64,000 nucleotides of DNA, from positions 2,880,001-2,944,000 of the forward strand of contig OY760175.1 of NCBI GenBank assembly GCA_963663165.1, given 5' to 3'. Of this stretch, positions 18,486 through 28,121 are shown piece after piece. The first letter of the stretch is position 1, and every line of letters starts with the position of its first letter. The notes below the pieces were generated by a model. The model ran no database searches, had not been told where the DNA came from, and worked only from the letters and a program-made list of their open reading frames with translations. The translations under genes and the position numbers were made by a program. The DNA comes from an uncultured Desulfospira sp. GTDB lineage: Bacteria > Desulfobacterota > Desulfobacteria > Desulfobacterales > Desulfobacteraceae.

Positions 18486-21400
18486 TTACGGCCGGGTGCG
18501 CAGATCAAGGGTGTGGGGGAACCGGGGGTTTAAGGGTTCTTCGGCCACCCGGGCCATGGGGCCGGGGGTATGGCCGATGTCCCTGAACCGGGAGATTCTG
18601 CGTCCTTCGGCCTCCAGGGAGTTGACTGGGAAGACATCATAGCTCCGGCCCCCGGGGTGGGATACACAATAGGTACACCCGCCCACAGACCGTAAATTCC
18701 AGGTATCCACCAGGTCAAATATCAGGGGGGCATGAACGCCGATGGTCGGGTGCAGGCAGGAGGGCGGCTGCCAGGCCCGGTACCGGACAGCGGCCACATA
18801 CTGGTTGTTGACGCCCGTGGGATGCAGCGGCAGGGGCCGGCCGTGGCAAAGGACCTGATACCGGTTTTCGGGCATGCCCGTCACCTTGACTTCCAGGCGC
18901 TCCAGGGATGAATCCACATACCGTGCCGTGCCGCCCCCGCCGGGTTCTTCTCCCAGCACATGCCAGGGCTCAATGGCGGTCCTCAGCTCCATGTCCACCC
19001 CCTCATGGGAGACCCTTCCGATGAGGGGGAACCGGAACTCAAAATGGGGATGGAAACAGTCCGGGGTCAGGTCGTACCCGTCCTTTCGCAGTATATCCAA
19101 TACTGAACAAAAATCCTGCCACACGTAAAAGGGCATCATGAACTGGTCGTGGAGGGCCGTGCCCCACCGGACCAGTTTCTCCTCATAGGGCTGTTTCCAG
19201 AATTTAACCATGAAGATCCTTAACAGCAGCTGCTGGGCAAGACTCATCCTGGCATGGGGCGGCATTTCAAAGGAGCGGAACTCCAAAAGCCCCAATCTTC
19301 CCGAAGCCGAATCAGGAGAGTAAAGTTTGTCGATGCAAAATTCCGCTCTATGGGTGTTGCCGGTAAGGTCCGTGAGCAGATGACGGAAGAGCCGGTCCGT
19401 CAGCCAGGGCGGCACCGGCAGCCCGGTATCAGAACCGATATCGGAGCCGGGAATGGGAATGGACTGAAATGCGGCCATCTGGTTGGAAAGCTCGGCAAAG
19501 GCAATGTCCAGCTCGTCCAGAGTGTCGTGGCGGGCCTCGTCGATTCGCGGGGACTGGCTGGTGGGCCCCATGAACAGGCCGGAGAACAAGAAGGATAAGG
19601 AGGGGTGGTTGTTCCAGAAGGTCAAGAAGCTGCGCAGCAGGTCCGGCCGTTTCAGCCAGGGGCTGAGCCCCGGGCTTTGGGCCCCCATGACAATATGGTT
19701 GCCGCCGCCGGTGCCGCTGTGGCGGCCGTCCAGCATGAATTTTTCCGTGCCAAGGCCGGACAGACGGGCCTCTTCATACAAGTCGGTGGTGACGGCCACC
19801 ATCTGTTCCCAGGAGTCGGCCGGGTGGATGTTCACCTCAATCACCCCCGGGTCCGGGGTGACGTTCAGGCAGTTGATCCGGTGGTCAAAGGGCGGGGTAT
19901 ACCCCTCAATGACAACCGGGAATCCTGTGCCCGACGCGGCCTGTTCCACTGCCGAAATCAGCTCAAAATAGTCGGCGGCACTGGCCATGGGCGGCATGAA
20001 GACGTAAAGCCGTCCGTCCCTGGGCTGGATACAAAGGGCGGTGCGGATCACGGGTTCAAGGCTGCCGCCCTGGTTAGGAGCGGATAAGCCGGGTTTTAAG
20101 CGCTGGGAGACAATATCGTCCCGGTCCTGGGTTTCTGGAACTCCTGTAAGGTGAAACTGGCCGTCTTTTTCTTTTTCGGATCGGCTGAGCCGTTCTTTGT
20201 CTTCACTGGAGGTTAACGGGTCCGGGAAAGGGCCGTCAATGCCCATGGGATCTTCTTCAATCACCTGGGGAATATCTTTGGGCGCAGCCCAGGGCAGGCT
20301 GTCCAAAGGCAGGCGCAGCCCCATGGGGGAATCGCCGGGCACCAGAAACAGGTTGTCACTGCGCAACTGCCAGACACAGCTTTTCCAGGAGCCTCTTTTC
20401 AAGGGCAGGACATAGCCCGTGACCGCGCCCACGCCGGTCTCAAACACCCGGGCCATGCGGGCCCGTTCCTCGGGGTCTTTGAGGCGCGGGTCTTCAGGGG
20501 TGACGTTTACCGGCAGGCGCTGCTCCTTTAAGAGCCAGTGAAACACATCTTCATAGGCCGGAATGATGAATTTGGGGTTAACGCCCAGGACAGTGGTGAC
20601 GGCCTGCATCAATGCCTTTGCCTGATCCGGGCCGAATCCGTAGTCCCGGTCGTCATCGGCCAGCAGGGTGGGGTCTTTCCAGAGGGGGCGGCCGTCTTTG
20701 CGCCAATAACAGCCAAGGGCCCACCGGGGCAGCGATTCCCCGGGGTACCACTTGCCCTGGCCCATGTGAAGCAGACTGCCCGGGGCCCATTTTCGGCGAA
20801 GGCGATGGAGAAGCTCAAGGGCCTTGAGCTTCTTGGTGGGGCCCACCGCCGCGGTATTCCACTCATCGGCGTCCATGTCCGTATTAGAGACAAAGGTGGG
20901 CTCCCCGCCCATGGTCAGGTGGATGCTGCTCTCCTGAATTTCCCGGTCCACCTGGAACCCCAGGTCATGGATCTTAGTCCAGACATCCTCGGGATAGGGC
21001 CTTGTGGACCTTGGGTCTTCGTGGATCCGGGTGACCCGCATGGTGTGGACGAAATCCACCTGGCACATTTCAAGGGCCCCGGTCACCGGGGCCGCACTTT
21101 TGGGGTAAGGGGTACAGGCAAGGGGAATATGGCCTTCCCCGGCCAGAAGCCCGGATGTGGGGTCCAGCCCCACCCAGCCGGCGCCCGGCAAAAACACCTC
21201 CACCCAGGCGTGAAGGTCTGTAAAATCCTCGGAAGGACCTGCCGGGCCCTCCAGGGGCTTGACATCGGCGGTAAGCTGGATCAGGTAGCCCGAGACAAAC
21301 CGGGCCGCAAGGCCTAAGTGGCGCAGGATGTTGACCAGGAGCCATGCCGAATCCCGGCAGGAGCCCGACCTCTTGGTCAGGGTCTGTTCACAGGTCTGGA

Positions 21401-21896
21401 CATTGGGCTCCATGCGAATATTATACCGGATGGCCTGCTCAAGGTCCTGGTTGACCTTTACCAGAAAATCGATGGTCCCGGTTTTTTTCCGGTCAATGGT
21501 ATTCAGGTAGGCTCTGAACATTTTACCGGAACGGGTCTTTTTCAAAAACGGTCCCAGGTCCTTTTTCACTTCCGGGGCATACTTAAACGGATAATCCCGG
21601 GCACTTTCCTCCAGGAAAAAATCAAAGGGATTGATGGTCACCATCTCGGCGACCAGGTCCACCACAATGGAAAAGTGATCGGTCTTTTCAGGGAAATTGA
21701 GCCGGGAAAGGTAGTTGGAAAAGGGGTCCTGCTGCCAGTTGATAAAATGATTTTCCGGTAAAACGGTCTGGTTGTAACTTAAAATCGGGGTCCGGCAGTG
21801 GGGGGCCGGCCGCAGCCTTACCACCTGAGGGCCTAACTGGATCTTGCGGTCATAGGTATAATCGGTTTTATGGTACAGGGCCACATGAATTGCCAT
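18486..21896 (-). CDS. Transglutaminase domain + DUF2126 (putative amidoligase) protein
   Basis: GSCRDSAWLL, DFTDLHAW, LTMGGEPTFVS, VTPDPGVIEVN, GNTHRAEFCIDK, GLLEFRSFEMPPH; start set at MAIHVAL after AAGGAG. Confidence 0.9.
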   Translation of the reverse strand: MAIHVALYHKTDYTYDRKIQLGPQVVRLRPAPHCRTPILSYNQTVLPENHFINWQQDPFSNYLSRLNFPEKTDHFSIVVDLVAEMVTINPFDFFLEESARDYPFKYAPEVKKDLGPFLKKTRSGKMFRAYLNTIDRKKTGTIDFLVKVNQDLEQAIRYNIRMEPNVQTCEQTLTKRSGSCRDSAWLLVNILRHLGLAARFVSGYLIQLTADVKPLEGPAGPSEDFTDLHAWVEVFLPGAGWVGLDPTSGLLAGEGHIPLACTPYPKSAAPVTGALEMCQVDFVHTMRVTRIHEDPRSTRPYPEDVWTKIHDLGFQVDREIQESSIHLTMGGEPTFVSNTDMDADEWNTAAVGPTKKLKALELLHRLRRKWAPGSLLHMGQGKWYPGESLPRWALGCYWRKDGRPLWKDPTLLADDDRDYGFGPDQAKALMQAVTTVLGVNPKFIIPAYEDVFHWLLKEQRLPVNVTPEDPRLKDPEERARMARVFETGVGAVTGYVLPLKRGSWKSCVWQLRSDNLFLVPGDSPMGLRLPLDSLPWAAPKDIPQVIEEDPMGIDGPFPDPLTSSEDKERLSRSEKEKDGQFHLTGVPETQDRDDIVSQRLKPGLSAPNQGGSLEPVIRTALCIQPRDGRLYVFMPPMASAADYFELISAVEQAASGTGFPVVIEGYTPPFDHRINCLNVTPDPGVIEVNIHPADSWEQMVAVTTDLYEEARLSGLGTEKFMLDGRHSGTGGGNHIVMGAQSPGLSPWLKRPDLLRSFLTFWNNHPSLSFLFSGLFMGPTSQSPRIDEARHDTLDELDIAFAELSNQMAAFQSIPIPGSDIGSDTGLPVPPWLTDRLFRHLLTDLTGNTHRAEFCIDKLYSPDSASGRLGLLEFRSFEMPPHARMSLAQQLLLRIFMVKFWKQPYEEKLVRWGTALHDQFMMPFYVWQDFCSVLDILRKDGYDLTPDCFHPHFEFRFPLIGRVSHEGVDMELRTAIEPWHVLGEEPGGGGTARYVDSSLERLEVKVTGMPENRYQVLCHGRPLPLHPTGVNNQYVAAVRYRAWQPPSCLHPTIGVHAPLIFDLVDTWNLRSVGGCTYCVSHPGGRSYDVFPVNSLEAEGRRISRFRDIGHTPGPMARVAEEPLNPRFPHTLDLRTRP

Positions 21897-22010
21897 GGAT
21901 GGTTGCTCCTTGAACAGTGTCTGGGATAAAGACAAACCAAAGGGGTTGGAAATTTTAATCCCTTATTGTTGCAGGATTTTTGCATTTATAAAAGATAAAT
22001 TAAGGGTGCC

Positions 22011-22994
22011 TTACTGAGATTGTTCCTGCTCCTGCTCCATTGCATTGAAGGGGATTTTAAAAAAAGTATCGTGGATATTCTTCCCCACCAGGTTGACCTT
22101 GGTTTGAAAGGCATCAAGATACTCGTGCATGCCCATGTCAATTACATCTTCAATATCTGAATAATCTAAATCCGCACACAGCCGCCCCAGCCGTTTTTCC
22201 GCTGAATTGGAGACGCTGCCTTTGGGGGTGCCGGTGATTTTGTGCAAGGCGCTTTGGGCGTCTTTGAGGCAAAAATGAATGGCCCTGGGAAAGTTGGTAT
22301 CAAAAATAAGAAAATTGCAGACCTGTTTGGGGGCAATCCGGTGACACTGTTTTCGATAGGTTTCAAGGCCCGAGGTGGACTGGAGGACCGCCCCCCACTG
22401 GATCACATCGTAGGGGGAGTTGACATTTTCAGGCTGGGGCAGGAGCATGAAATATTTCACGTCCAGAATCCTTGAGGTCTTGTCCGAGCGTTCAAGAAGC
22501 TGGCCTAAAAGGGCAAACTGAAAGGCTTCTCCCCGGGACATGGTGGTGTACAAAAGCCCTGTAAACAGATGGCCGAGCATGGTGATGCTTTTAAAAAACC
22601 GGTGGGGGTCCAGGTTGGCCACCCGGCTTTTTTCCGTATCCTTGAGCAGCAGGTAGGAGCGGTTGATCTGTTCCCACATGACCGAAGAAATAATCTCTCT
22701 GACGCTTCTGGCGTTTTCCCGGGCCGCGGCCACACAGGACAAGATGGAATTGGGATATTCCCTGTCCAGGGCCAGAAACCGGATCACGTTATTCTGGGAA
22801 TAATCCTGGCCATACCGTTTTTCAAACAGCTCATGGTCCCCGGTGGTCATGACCAGGGGCTGCCAGCTGGCCCCCTGGCCGGTGCTGGTATCCAAAGACA
22901 GGTTCAGGTTAACATTTATAAACCGTGCTATATTTTCTGCTCTTTCAATGTATCGGGTCATCCAGTAAACGGAATCTGCAACGCGGCTGAGCAT
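22011..22994 (-). CDS. Alpha-E domain protein
   Basis: MLSRVADSVYWMTRYIERAENIAR, ARENARSVRE, LERSDKTSRILDVKY. Confidence 0.92.
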   Translation of the reverse strand: MLSRVADSVYWMTRYIERAENIARFINVNLNLSLDTSTGQGASWQPLVMTTGDHELFEKRYGQDYSQNNVIRFLALDREYPNSILSCVAAARENARSVREIISSVMWEQINRSYLLLKDTEKSRVANLDPHRFFKSITMLGHLFTGLLYTTMSRGEAFQFALLGQLLERSDKTSRILDVKYFMLLPQPENVNSPYDVIQWGAVLQSTSGLETYRKQCHRIAPKQVCNFLIFDTNFPRAIHFCLKDAQSALHKITGTPKGSVSNSAEKRLGRLCADLDYSDIEDVIDMGMHEYLDAFQTKVNLVGKNIHDTFFKIPFNAMEQEQEQSQ

Positions 22995-23017
22995 GACGCC
23001 TCCTGTTTTTTTGTAAA

Positions 23018-23122
23018 AGCTGTTAGCTGTTAGCCTTTAGCTGTTAGCTGTTAGCTGTTAGCTGTTAGCCTTTAGCTGTTAGCAGGCGTACCAAAAGCTA
23101 ATGGCTAACTGCTAATGGCTAA
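23018..23122. repeat. Heptamer tandem repeat (GCTGTTA)n followed by an inverted arm (GCTAATG/GCTAACT)
   Basis: About nine TTAGCTG/TTAGCCT units, then about four complementary units. Confidence 0.85.
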
Positions 23123-23125
23123 AAT

Positions 23126-24571
23126 TTAATTTTCCCCCTGGCCGTCGAGAACCCAGGTGTCCTTTGTGCCCCCGCCCTGGGAGGAGTTGACCACTAAAGA
23201 TCCCCTTCTTAAAGCCACCCGGGTCAAGCCGCCGGGCAGAACGTAAATATCTTCACCGTAAAGAATATAGGGCCGCAGATCCACATGCCGCCCCTCAAAA
23301 TGGTCTTCCACAATGGTGGGGACCTGAGAGAGGCTGATGGTGGGCTGGGCAATATAGGTCCGGGGATGGGCCTTGATCCGCCGGGCAAATTCCGCCCGTT
23401 CGACCTTGTCAGCGTGGGGGCCGATCATCATGCCGTAGCCGCCACTTTCATTGGCGGCTTTGACCACCAGTTTATCCAGGTTGTCCAGCACATATTTCCT
23501 GTCCTTTTCATCCCAGCACACATAGGTGGGCACATTGGGCAAAATGGGGTCTTCGCCAAGGTAATAAGAGATAATCTTGGGCACATAAGCATATACCGCC
23601 TTGTCATCGGCCACCCCGGTCCCCGGGGCATTGGCCATGGCCACCCGGCCCTTAAAATAGGCCGACATAATCCCGGGCACCCCGAGCAGGGAATCCTTCC
23701 GGAATACCTTTGGGTCAATAAAATCATCGTCAATGCGGCGGTACAGCACGTCAATGGGGGAAAGTCCCTTGGTGGTCCGCATATACAGCCGGTCATCAGA
23801 CACCACCAGATCCTGGCCCTCCACAAGCTCAATGCCCATCTGCTGGGCTAAAAAAGAATGCTCAAAATAGGCTGAATTATACCGCCCCGGGGTCAGGACC
23901 CCGATTTTCGGGGCTGCGGCTGAGTTGGGCAGCAGGTGTTCAAGAATGGCCAGAAGCTTGTGGGGGTATTCATCCACGGCCTTGACCTGGGAACTGGCAA
24001 ACACCTCGGGAAAGGTCCGCTTGAGCACCTGGCGATTTTCAAGCACATAGGACACCCCTGAAGGACAGCGAAGGTTGTCTTCAAGCACATAGAACTCACC
24101 GTCAGTGTCCCGGATCAGGTCCGTTCCCGTGACATGGCACCAGATGCCTCTGGGCGGGGTAAAGCCTTCCATCTGCTTGCGGTATGCGGCACAGGACATG
24201 ACCAGATCTTCAGGGATTACCTTGTCCTTGATGATTTTTTTATCATGGTAAATATCTTCAAGGAACTGGTTTAAGGCACGGATCCGCTGCTGAAGTCCCT
24301 TTTCAATGCGATGCCATTCCCGGTTTTCAATGATCCTCGGGATAATGTCAAAGGGCAGGATTTTTTCGGTTCCCTCTTCACTGCCGTAGACATTAAAGGT
24401 GTTGCCAAGCTGCAGCAGCGAAGTTTCAGCCGACTTCTGCTTTCGGATCAAGGCATTTTCCGGCAAAGACTCGATCTTGTCGATCAGCACCCGGGCACCG
24501 TCCCTGACCGTGCCGTCTTTATGGAAAAGCTCATCGTAAAACGTCCGGGGATTATAATTTGAAAATTTCAT
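23126..24571 (-). CDS. Circularly permuted type 2 ATP-grasp protein
   Basis: VLEDNLRCPSGVSY, SAYFEHSFLA, YRRIDDDF, NAPGTGVADDK, GGLTRVAL, NSSQGGGTKDTW; start set at MKFSNY. Confidence 0.93.
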   Translation of the reverse strand: MKFSNYNPRTFYDELFHKDGTVRDGARVLIDKIESLPENALIRKQKSAETSLLQLGNTFNVYGSEEGTEKILPFDIIPRIIENREWHRIEKGLQQRIRALNQFLEDIYHDKKIIKDKVIPEDLVMSCAAYRKQMEGFTPPRGIWCHVTGTDLIRDTDGEFYVLEDNLRCPSGVSYVLENRQVLKRTFPEVFASSQVKAVDEYPHKLLAILEHLLPNSAAAPKIGVLTPGRYNSAYFEHSFLAQQMGIELVEGQDLVVSDDRLYMRTTKGLSPIDVLYRRIDDDFIDPKVFRKDSLLGVPGIMSAYFKGRVAMANAPGTGVADDKAVYAYVPKIISYYLGEDPILPNVPTYVCWDEKDRKYVLDNLDKLVVKAANESGGYGMMIGPHADKVERAEFARRIKAHPRTYIAQPTISLSQVPTIVEDHFEGRHVDLRPYILYGEDIYVLPGGLTRVALRRGSLVVNSSQGGGTKDTWVLDGQGEN

Positions 24572-24671
24572 AAGGTTTGCCCTCAACACATCTGCCAGCT
24601 GGTTTAAATTTCCTGCATCCTGACTCATCACTCAGGCGCAGACCTTACTTAATATACCAATTAATTAATTT

Positions 24672-24689
24672 AAGCATAAACCGTGCCCT
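24672..24689 (-). promoter_or_regulatory. Putative sigma54 (-24/-12) promoter of the ATP-grasp/alpha-E operon
   Basis: Minus strand AGGGCACGGTTTATGCTT = GG-N10-GC with GGCACG core. Confidence 0.65.
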
Positions 24690-24951
24690 GATAAAATTTG
24701 TTTTTACCTTACACCATGGCTTATAAAAACATCTGGAATAACAATAAGTTAGATATATATGGGCCAGCAGGGTGCCGGAATCACACCACCCCGGAATAAA
24801 TCACAGTTTTGTTGATTCACGTTAAAAATGGAACTAAAACGTAATTATTTTTTCCGGAAGCAGGATCTATACATAAAACACCACAGCAGCTACAGTGCCG
24901 CAAGCACAGGGTGGGTTTCTTTGAATTCATGATAATAATGTATATTGTTGA

Positions 24952-25031
24952 GACTTGGGATATGGGATATGGGACTTGGGGAGGCCGTGGATGCCGCAAT
25001 CCCCAGGTCCCATATCCCAAGTCCCAAGTCC
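24952..25031. repeat. Heptamer-based hairpin (TGGGATA/TGGGACT)n ... (GTCCCAA/ATCCCAA)n
   Basis: Four heptamers, ~17-nt loop, four complementary heptamers. Confidence 0.8.
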
Positions 25032-25226
25032 AATTTTTTGGAGTTATGTTGCGAGCGGTCCTGAAGCCTTGATTGACGGTGGTTTGGGCGCCGTAATGCC
25101 GTAAGTCAAAATCGTTCAAATAAACAGTGGGTTATCAAGGGTATGACAAATTTGCAACAAATCACTAAACATAATAAACAGCTACAGTTTGCCCTGAGGA
25201 GTGCTGGTGATGAAGTCTGTAAGGAT

Positions 25227-26246
25227 CTATAGACTATCCAGCCACTCAAGAACGTTTTGCTTGTTTTCCCACTGGATCAACTCCTCAATCTTCGGATCAG
25301 ATTTCAGGTGCTGTTTGGTGAACTGGATGAAGTTCTCTTGTAAATGTCGCTTCTGGCCTAGATCAAGCTTTAAGTAAACCATTGTGGATTTGACATTAGA
25401 ATGCCCCAAGCGATTCTTAATTTCAGATAAAGGCCGATCCTCTGAGAGCATTCGAACGGCACACGAATGACGGAAGCTATGGACGGGGTGCATGGTCGCT
25501 GTCCGCTTTGCCGGTAAAGCCTGTTCAAGGTAGTTTTTACAGATCCGGTTGATACCGTGGCGGGTCAAGCTTGTTCCTCTTTGGTTGATGAACAGCCTTT
25601 TTTTAAACGGATGGATTGGCGTATTGCGATGTTCTTCAATATACTGATGCATAAGCTCTACTGTTTTCCCAAGCAACTGAACTTGTCGATATCGGTTACC
25701 CTTCCCAAGAATCGCCAGAGTTTGATTTTCATAATCAAAATAATCCATCTCAAGGGTAGCGATTTCCGTTGCCCTGGCACCGGTATCATATAATAGATAC
25801 AGAAGGGTATAATCTCGGAACCCGTCCTTTCTTTTAAGTTGGACCGCATTAAGGATTTGATTGATCTCCTGGGGATACAAAAATCCGATCAACTTGTGTT
25901 GGCTTCGTTTCCGGGGAATATCAAGGATCGCATTGGTCAGTTTTTGTTGCTCGGGATAAATAAAACGGATCATTTTGGCAAAAGACTTTAAAACGGCCAG
26001 GCGCTGGTTCCGGGTTTTAGCCGTGTTGGACCGTTTGGATTCAAGCTCATTGAGAAACTGCAAAATTAATTCTACCGTGATATGTTCCAGATTGAGCGAA
26101 CTGACCTTTACGCTGTGGTACTCGGCAGCAAACGGTAAAAAAAAGCGCATGGTATCCCGGTAACTTTTGATCGTATTGGGGCGGCACCCTTTGACATAAG
26201 GCAGGTATTGGTCAAAAAATTGAACAACGCAACGGGTCAGGTTCAT
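25227..26246 (-). CDS. Tyrosine recombinase, RitC-like
   Basis: PNTIKSYRDT, TRNQRLA, YDTGARATE, GKGNR, HSFRH, LGHSNVKSTMVY. Confidence 0.92.
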   Translation of the reverse strand: MNLTRCVVQFFDQYLPYVKGCRPNTIKSYRDTMRFFLPFAAEYHSVKVSSLNLEHITVELILQFLNELESKRSNTAKTRNQRLAVLKSFAKMIRFIYPEQQKLTNAILDIPRKRSQHKLIGFLYPQEINQILNAVQLKRKDGFRDYTLLYLLYDTGARATEIATLEMDYFDYENQTLAILGKGNRYRQVQLLGKTVELMHQYIEEHRNTPIHPFKKRLFINQRGTSLTRHGINRICKNYLEQALPAKRTATMHPVHSFRHSCAVRMLSEDRPLSEIKNRLGHSNVKSTMVYLKLDLGQKRHLQENFIQFTKQHLKSDPKIEELIQWENKQNVLEWLDSL

Positions 26247-27217
26247 GATTCATCCCTTCTGCCGGTGGTAAATTTGAACAGGCTGTCGCGGCTTTCAGCA
26301 TCAACTGCTTTCAAATATTCCATGGTGTATTTATACTCAACATGACCCATATAGCCGGCAAGCACCGGCAGCACATTCCGGGGTGATTGTTTCCGGGCAA
26401 TGGCTGCCTTCAAGGTGTTAATGGCAAAAGAGTGCCGTAAACAGTGCGGAGTGGGCTTCCCAAAGGTCGTGTCGCCGATAATTTTCCTTGGGCGGCGGAT
26501 CCCGATTTGACGCACAGCATCGTGAAAAACAGAGCGAATACGGTTATCGTTCAAGCCGTTTTCCCCTATCCCCATGAACAGGTAGGGATTCATATCGTTT
26601 TCAATTAAAGCGGCCCTGGTTAAAAGATAGTTGTCAATCTGCATGGCAGTTGATTTTGGAATAGGGATAAGACGGTCCTTTTTGAACTTGGTTTTCTCTA
26701 TGTAAATCGTCTTTTCATCCGGCCGGTAATTTTTCAATCTCAGGCGCAAGGGTTCATTCATCCTCAGCCCACAGCGGGCAAGCAGAAGGATCACCAGATA
26801 TTCACTGTAATCTTTAAGGAACCGCATAGGGGTTTGCCGGATCCGTCCGCATACCACCCCCAGTAACATTTCTACCTGCTCCGGTGAGAATATAAAGGGG
26901 ATGAAGGTGCGTCGGGCCGGAGCGGTCACATCTTTCAAAGGGTTATCAAGATTTATCCGCTGCCGTTTCAGATAATCAAAAAAGCCTCGAACTACATTTA
27001 GAATGCTGGCTACGCCGGAGGGCTCAAGGCCAATCTCATTTTTAAAGGTGATATAAAAATGGGGCATCCAAATGTCTGAGAGATCCGGCTGCCTCATTAA
27101 AAAATCGTCAAAGGTAAGCAAGGCCCACCGGAGCATATGGCAACTGTATCCCAGTCCTTGCCGGTAAACAATAAAGTTTTCCATCTCTGTGGCCAAAAAG
27201 CTTTTAAACGGTTTCAT
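26243..27217 (-). CDS. Tyrosine recombinase, RitB-like
   Basis: PFIFSPEQV, CGLRMNE, TKFKKDRLIP, HCLRHSFA, LPVLAGYMGH...TMEY. Confidence 0.92.
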   Translation of the reverse strand: MKPFKSFLATEMENFIVYRQGLGYSCHMLRWALLTFDDFLMRQPDLSDIWMPHFYITFKNEIGLEPSGVASILNVVRGFFDYLKRQRINLDNPLKDVTAPARRTFIPFIFSPEQVEMLLGVVCGRIRQTPMRFLKDYSEYLVILLLARCGLRMNEPLRLRLKNYRPDEKTIYIEKTKFKKDRLIPIPKSTAMQIDNYLLTRAALIENDMNPYLFMGIGENGLNDNRIRSVFHDAVRQIGIRRPRKIIGDTTFGKPTPHCLRHSFAINTLKAAIARKQSPRNVLPVLAGYMGHVEYKYTMEYLKAVDAESRDSLFKFTTGRRDES

Positions 27218-28121
27218 CGAACAACACCCGGCGCATCAATTCCTTGTGGATACTTAGATATACTTTTGTGGAATCAATGATGGAATGCCCCATCATTTCT
27301 TTGATTTCAAAAATGCCGGCACCTGCTTCCAGCATGTTTTGTGCAAAGGTGTGGCGCAGCCAATATCCTGTACCGGGAAGACCGGCAGCCCGCAACGCCT
27401 TTGTTAAATCGTGCCTGGTGAGCCAGGCACTTACAGCTCTGTAAGGTGGGCAATGGCTGGTTAAAAAAAGAGAGCGAGACTGACTTTTAGGCCTGCCTCC
27501 AACGATATAAGCGGTGATTGCTTTGATAACTTCATCGGGAATGGGCAATTGAAGGGGCTTTGCATTTTTTGTGTTTTCCAGGTTTAGCAGTCCTTTGGCA
27601 AAACAGATATCGTCCAGAGTAAGGCGGCTGATTTCAATGGGGCGCAATCCAAGATAATAAGCCAGGTGAACCTGTGCATAGACACGAAGCTCTTTGGATG
27701 TTGCACAGGGCAAATGATCAAATAACTGACGGACTTCACCGGGTCTTAAAAATTTAGGAGGCTTGACTTGAGCAAACATTGGCGGACCGGTCACAAGCGG
27801 GGCTAAATTCTGTTGGATCAAATGCCGTTCATTATACAGGTAGTGCAAAAAGCCTCGAAAACAGGAACGGTATACCCCCTGGGTACTCTTTGCATATGGG
27901 GCATTGAACCTTGCCAGAAAATCATCAACATGCCCTATGTTTATATTGACCAGTGAGACTCCCGATGTTTGCAGATAACTGTCAAACGCTTTGATAATTT
28001 TGGTCCTGCAACAGGTTTGAGAAGGAGAGCTTTCCTTGATTTTAAGCATATGGTCCAGATAATCCCGGCGGATCTGATCCAGATCATAACCGGGCGGACT
28101 TTTGGGTGTCTGCTCAACCAT
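27204..28121 (-). CDS. Tyrosine recombinase, RitA-like (short, 305 aa)
   Basis: PPKFL, LGLRPIEI, YWLRHTFA (HxxR His replaced by Tyr), MGHSIIDSTKVY. Confidence 0.88.
   Translation of the reverse strand: MVEQTPKSPPGYDLDQIRRDYLDHMLKIKESSPSQTCCRTKIIKAFDSYLQTSGVSLVNINIGHVDDFLARFNAPYAKSTQGVYRSCFRGFLHYLYNERHLIQQNLAPLVTGPPMFAQVKPPKFLRPGEVRQLFDHLPCATSKELRVYAQVHLAYYLGLRPIEISRLTLDDICFAKGLLNLENTKNAKPLQLPIPDEVIKAITAYIVGGRPKSQSRSLFLTSHCPPYRAVSAWLTRHDLTKALRAAGLPGTGYWLRHTFAQNMLEAGAGIFEIKEMMGHSIIDSTKVYLSIHKELMRRVLFDETV

Noticed and set aside
24817..25119. 100-aa ORF at the left end of the RIT-like element
   Set aside because: Translation of the heptamer hairpin and element end (WDLGYGTWG / VPYPISQVS), not a credible protein.
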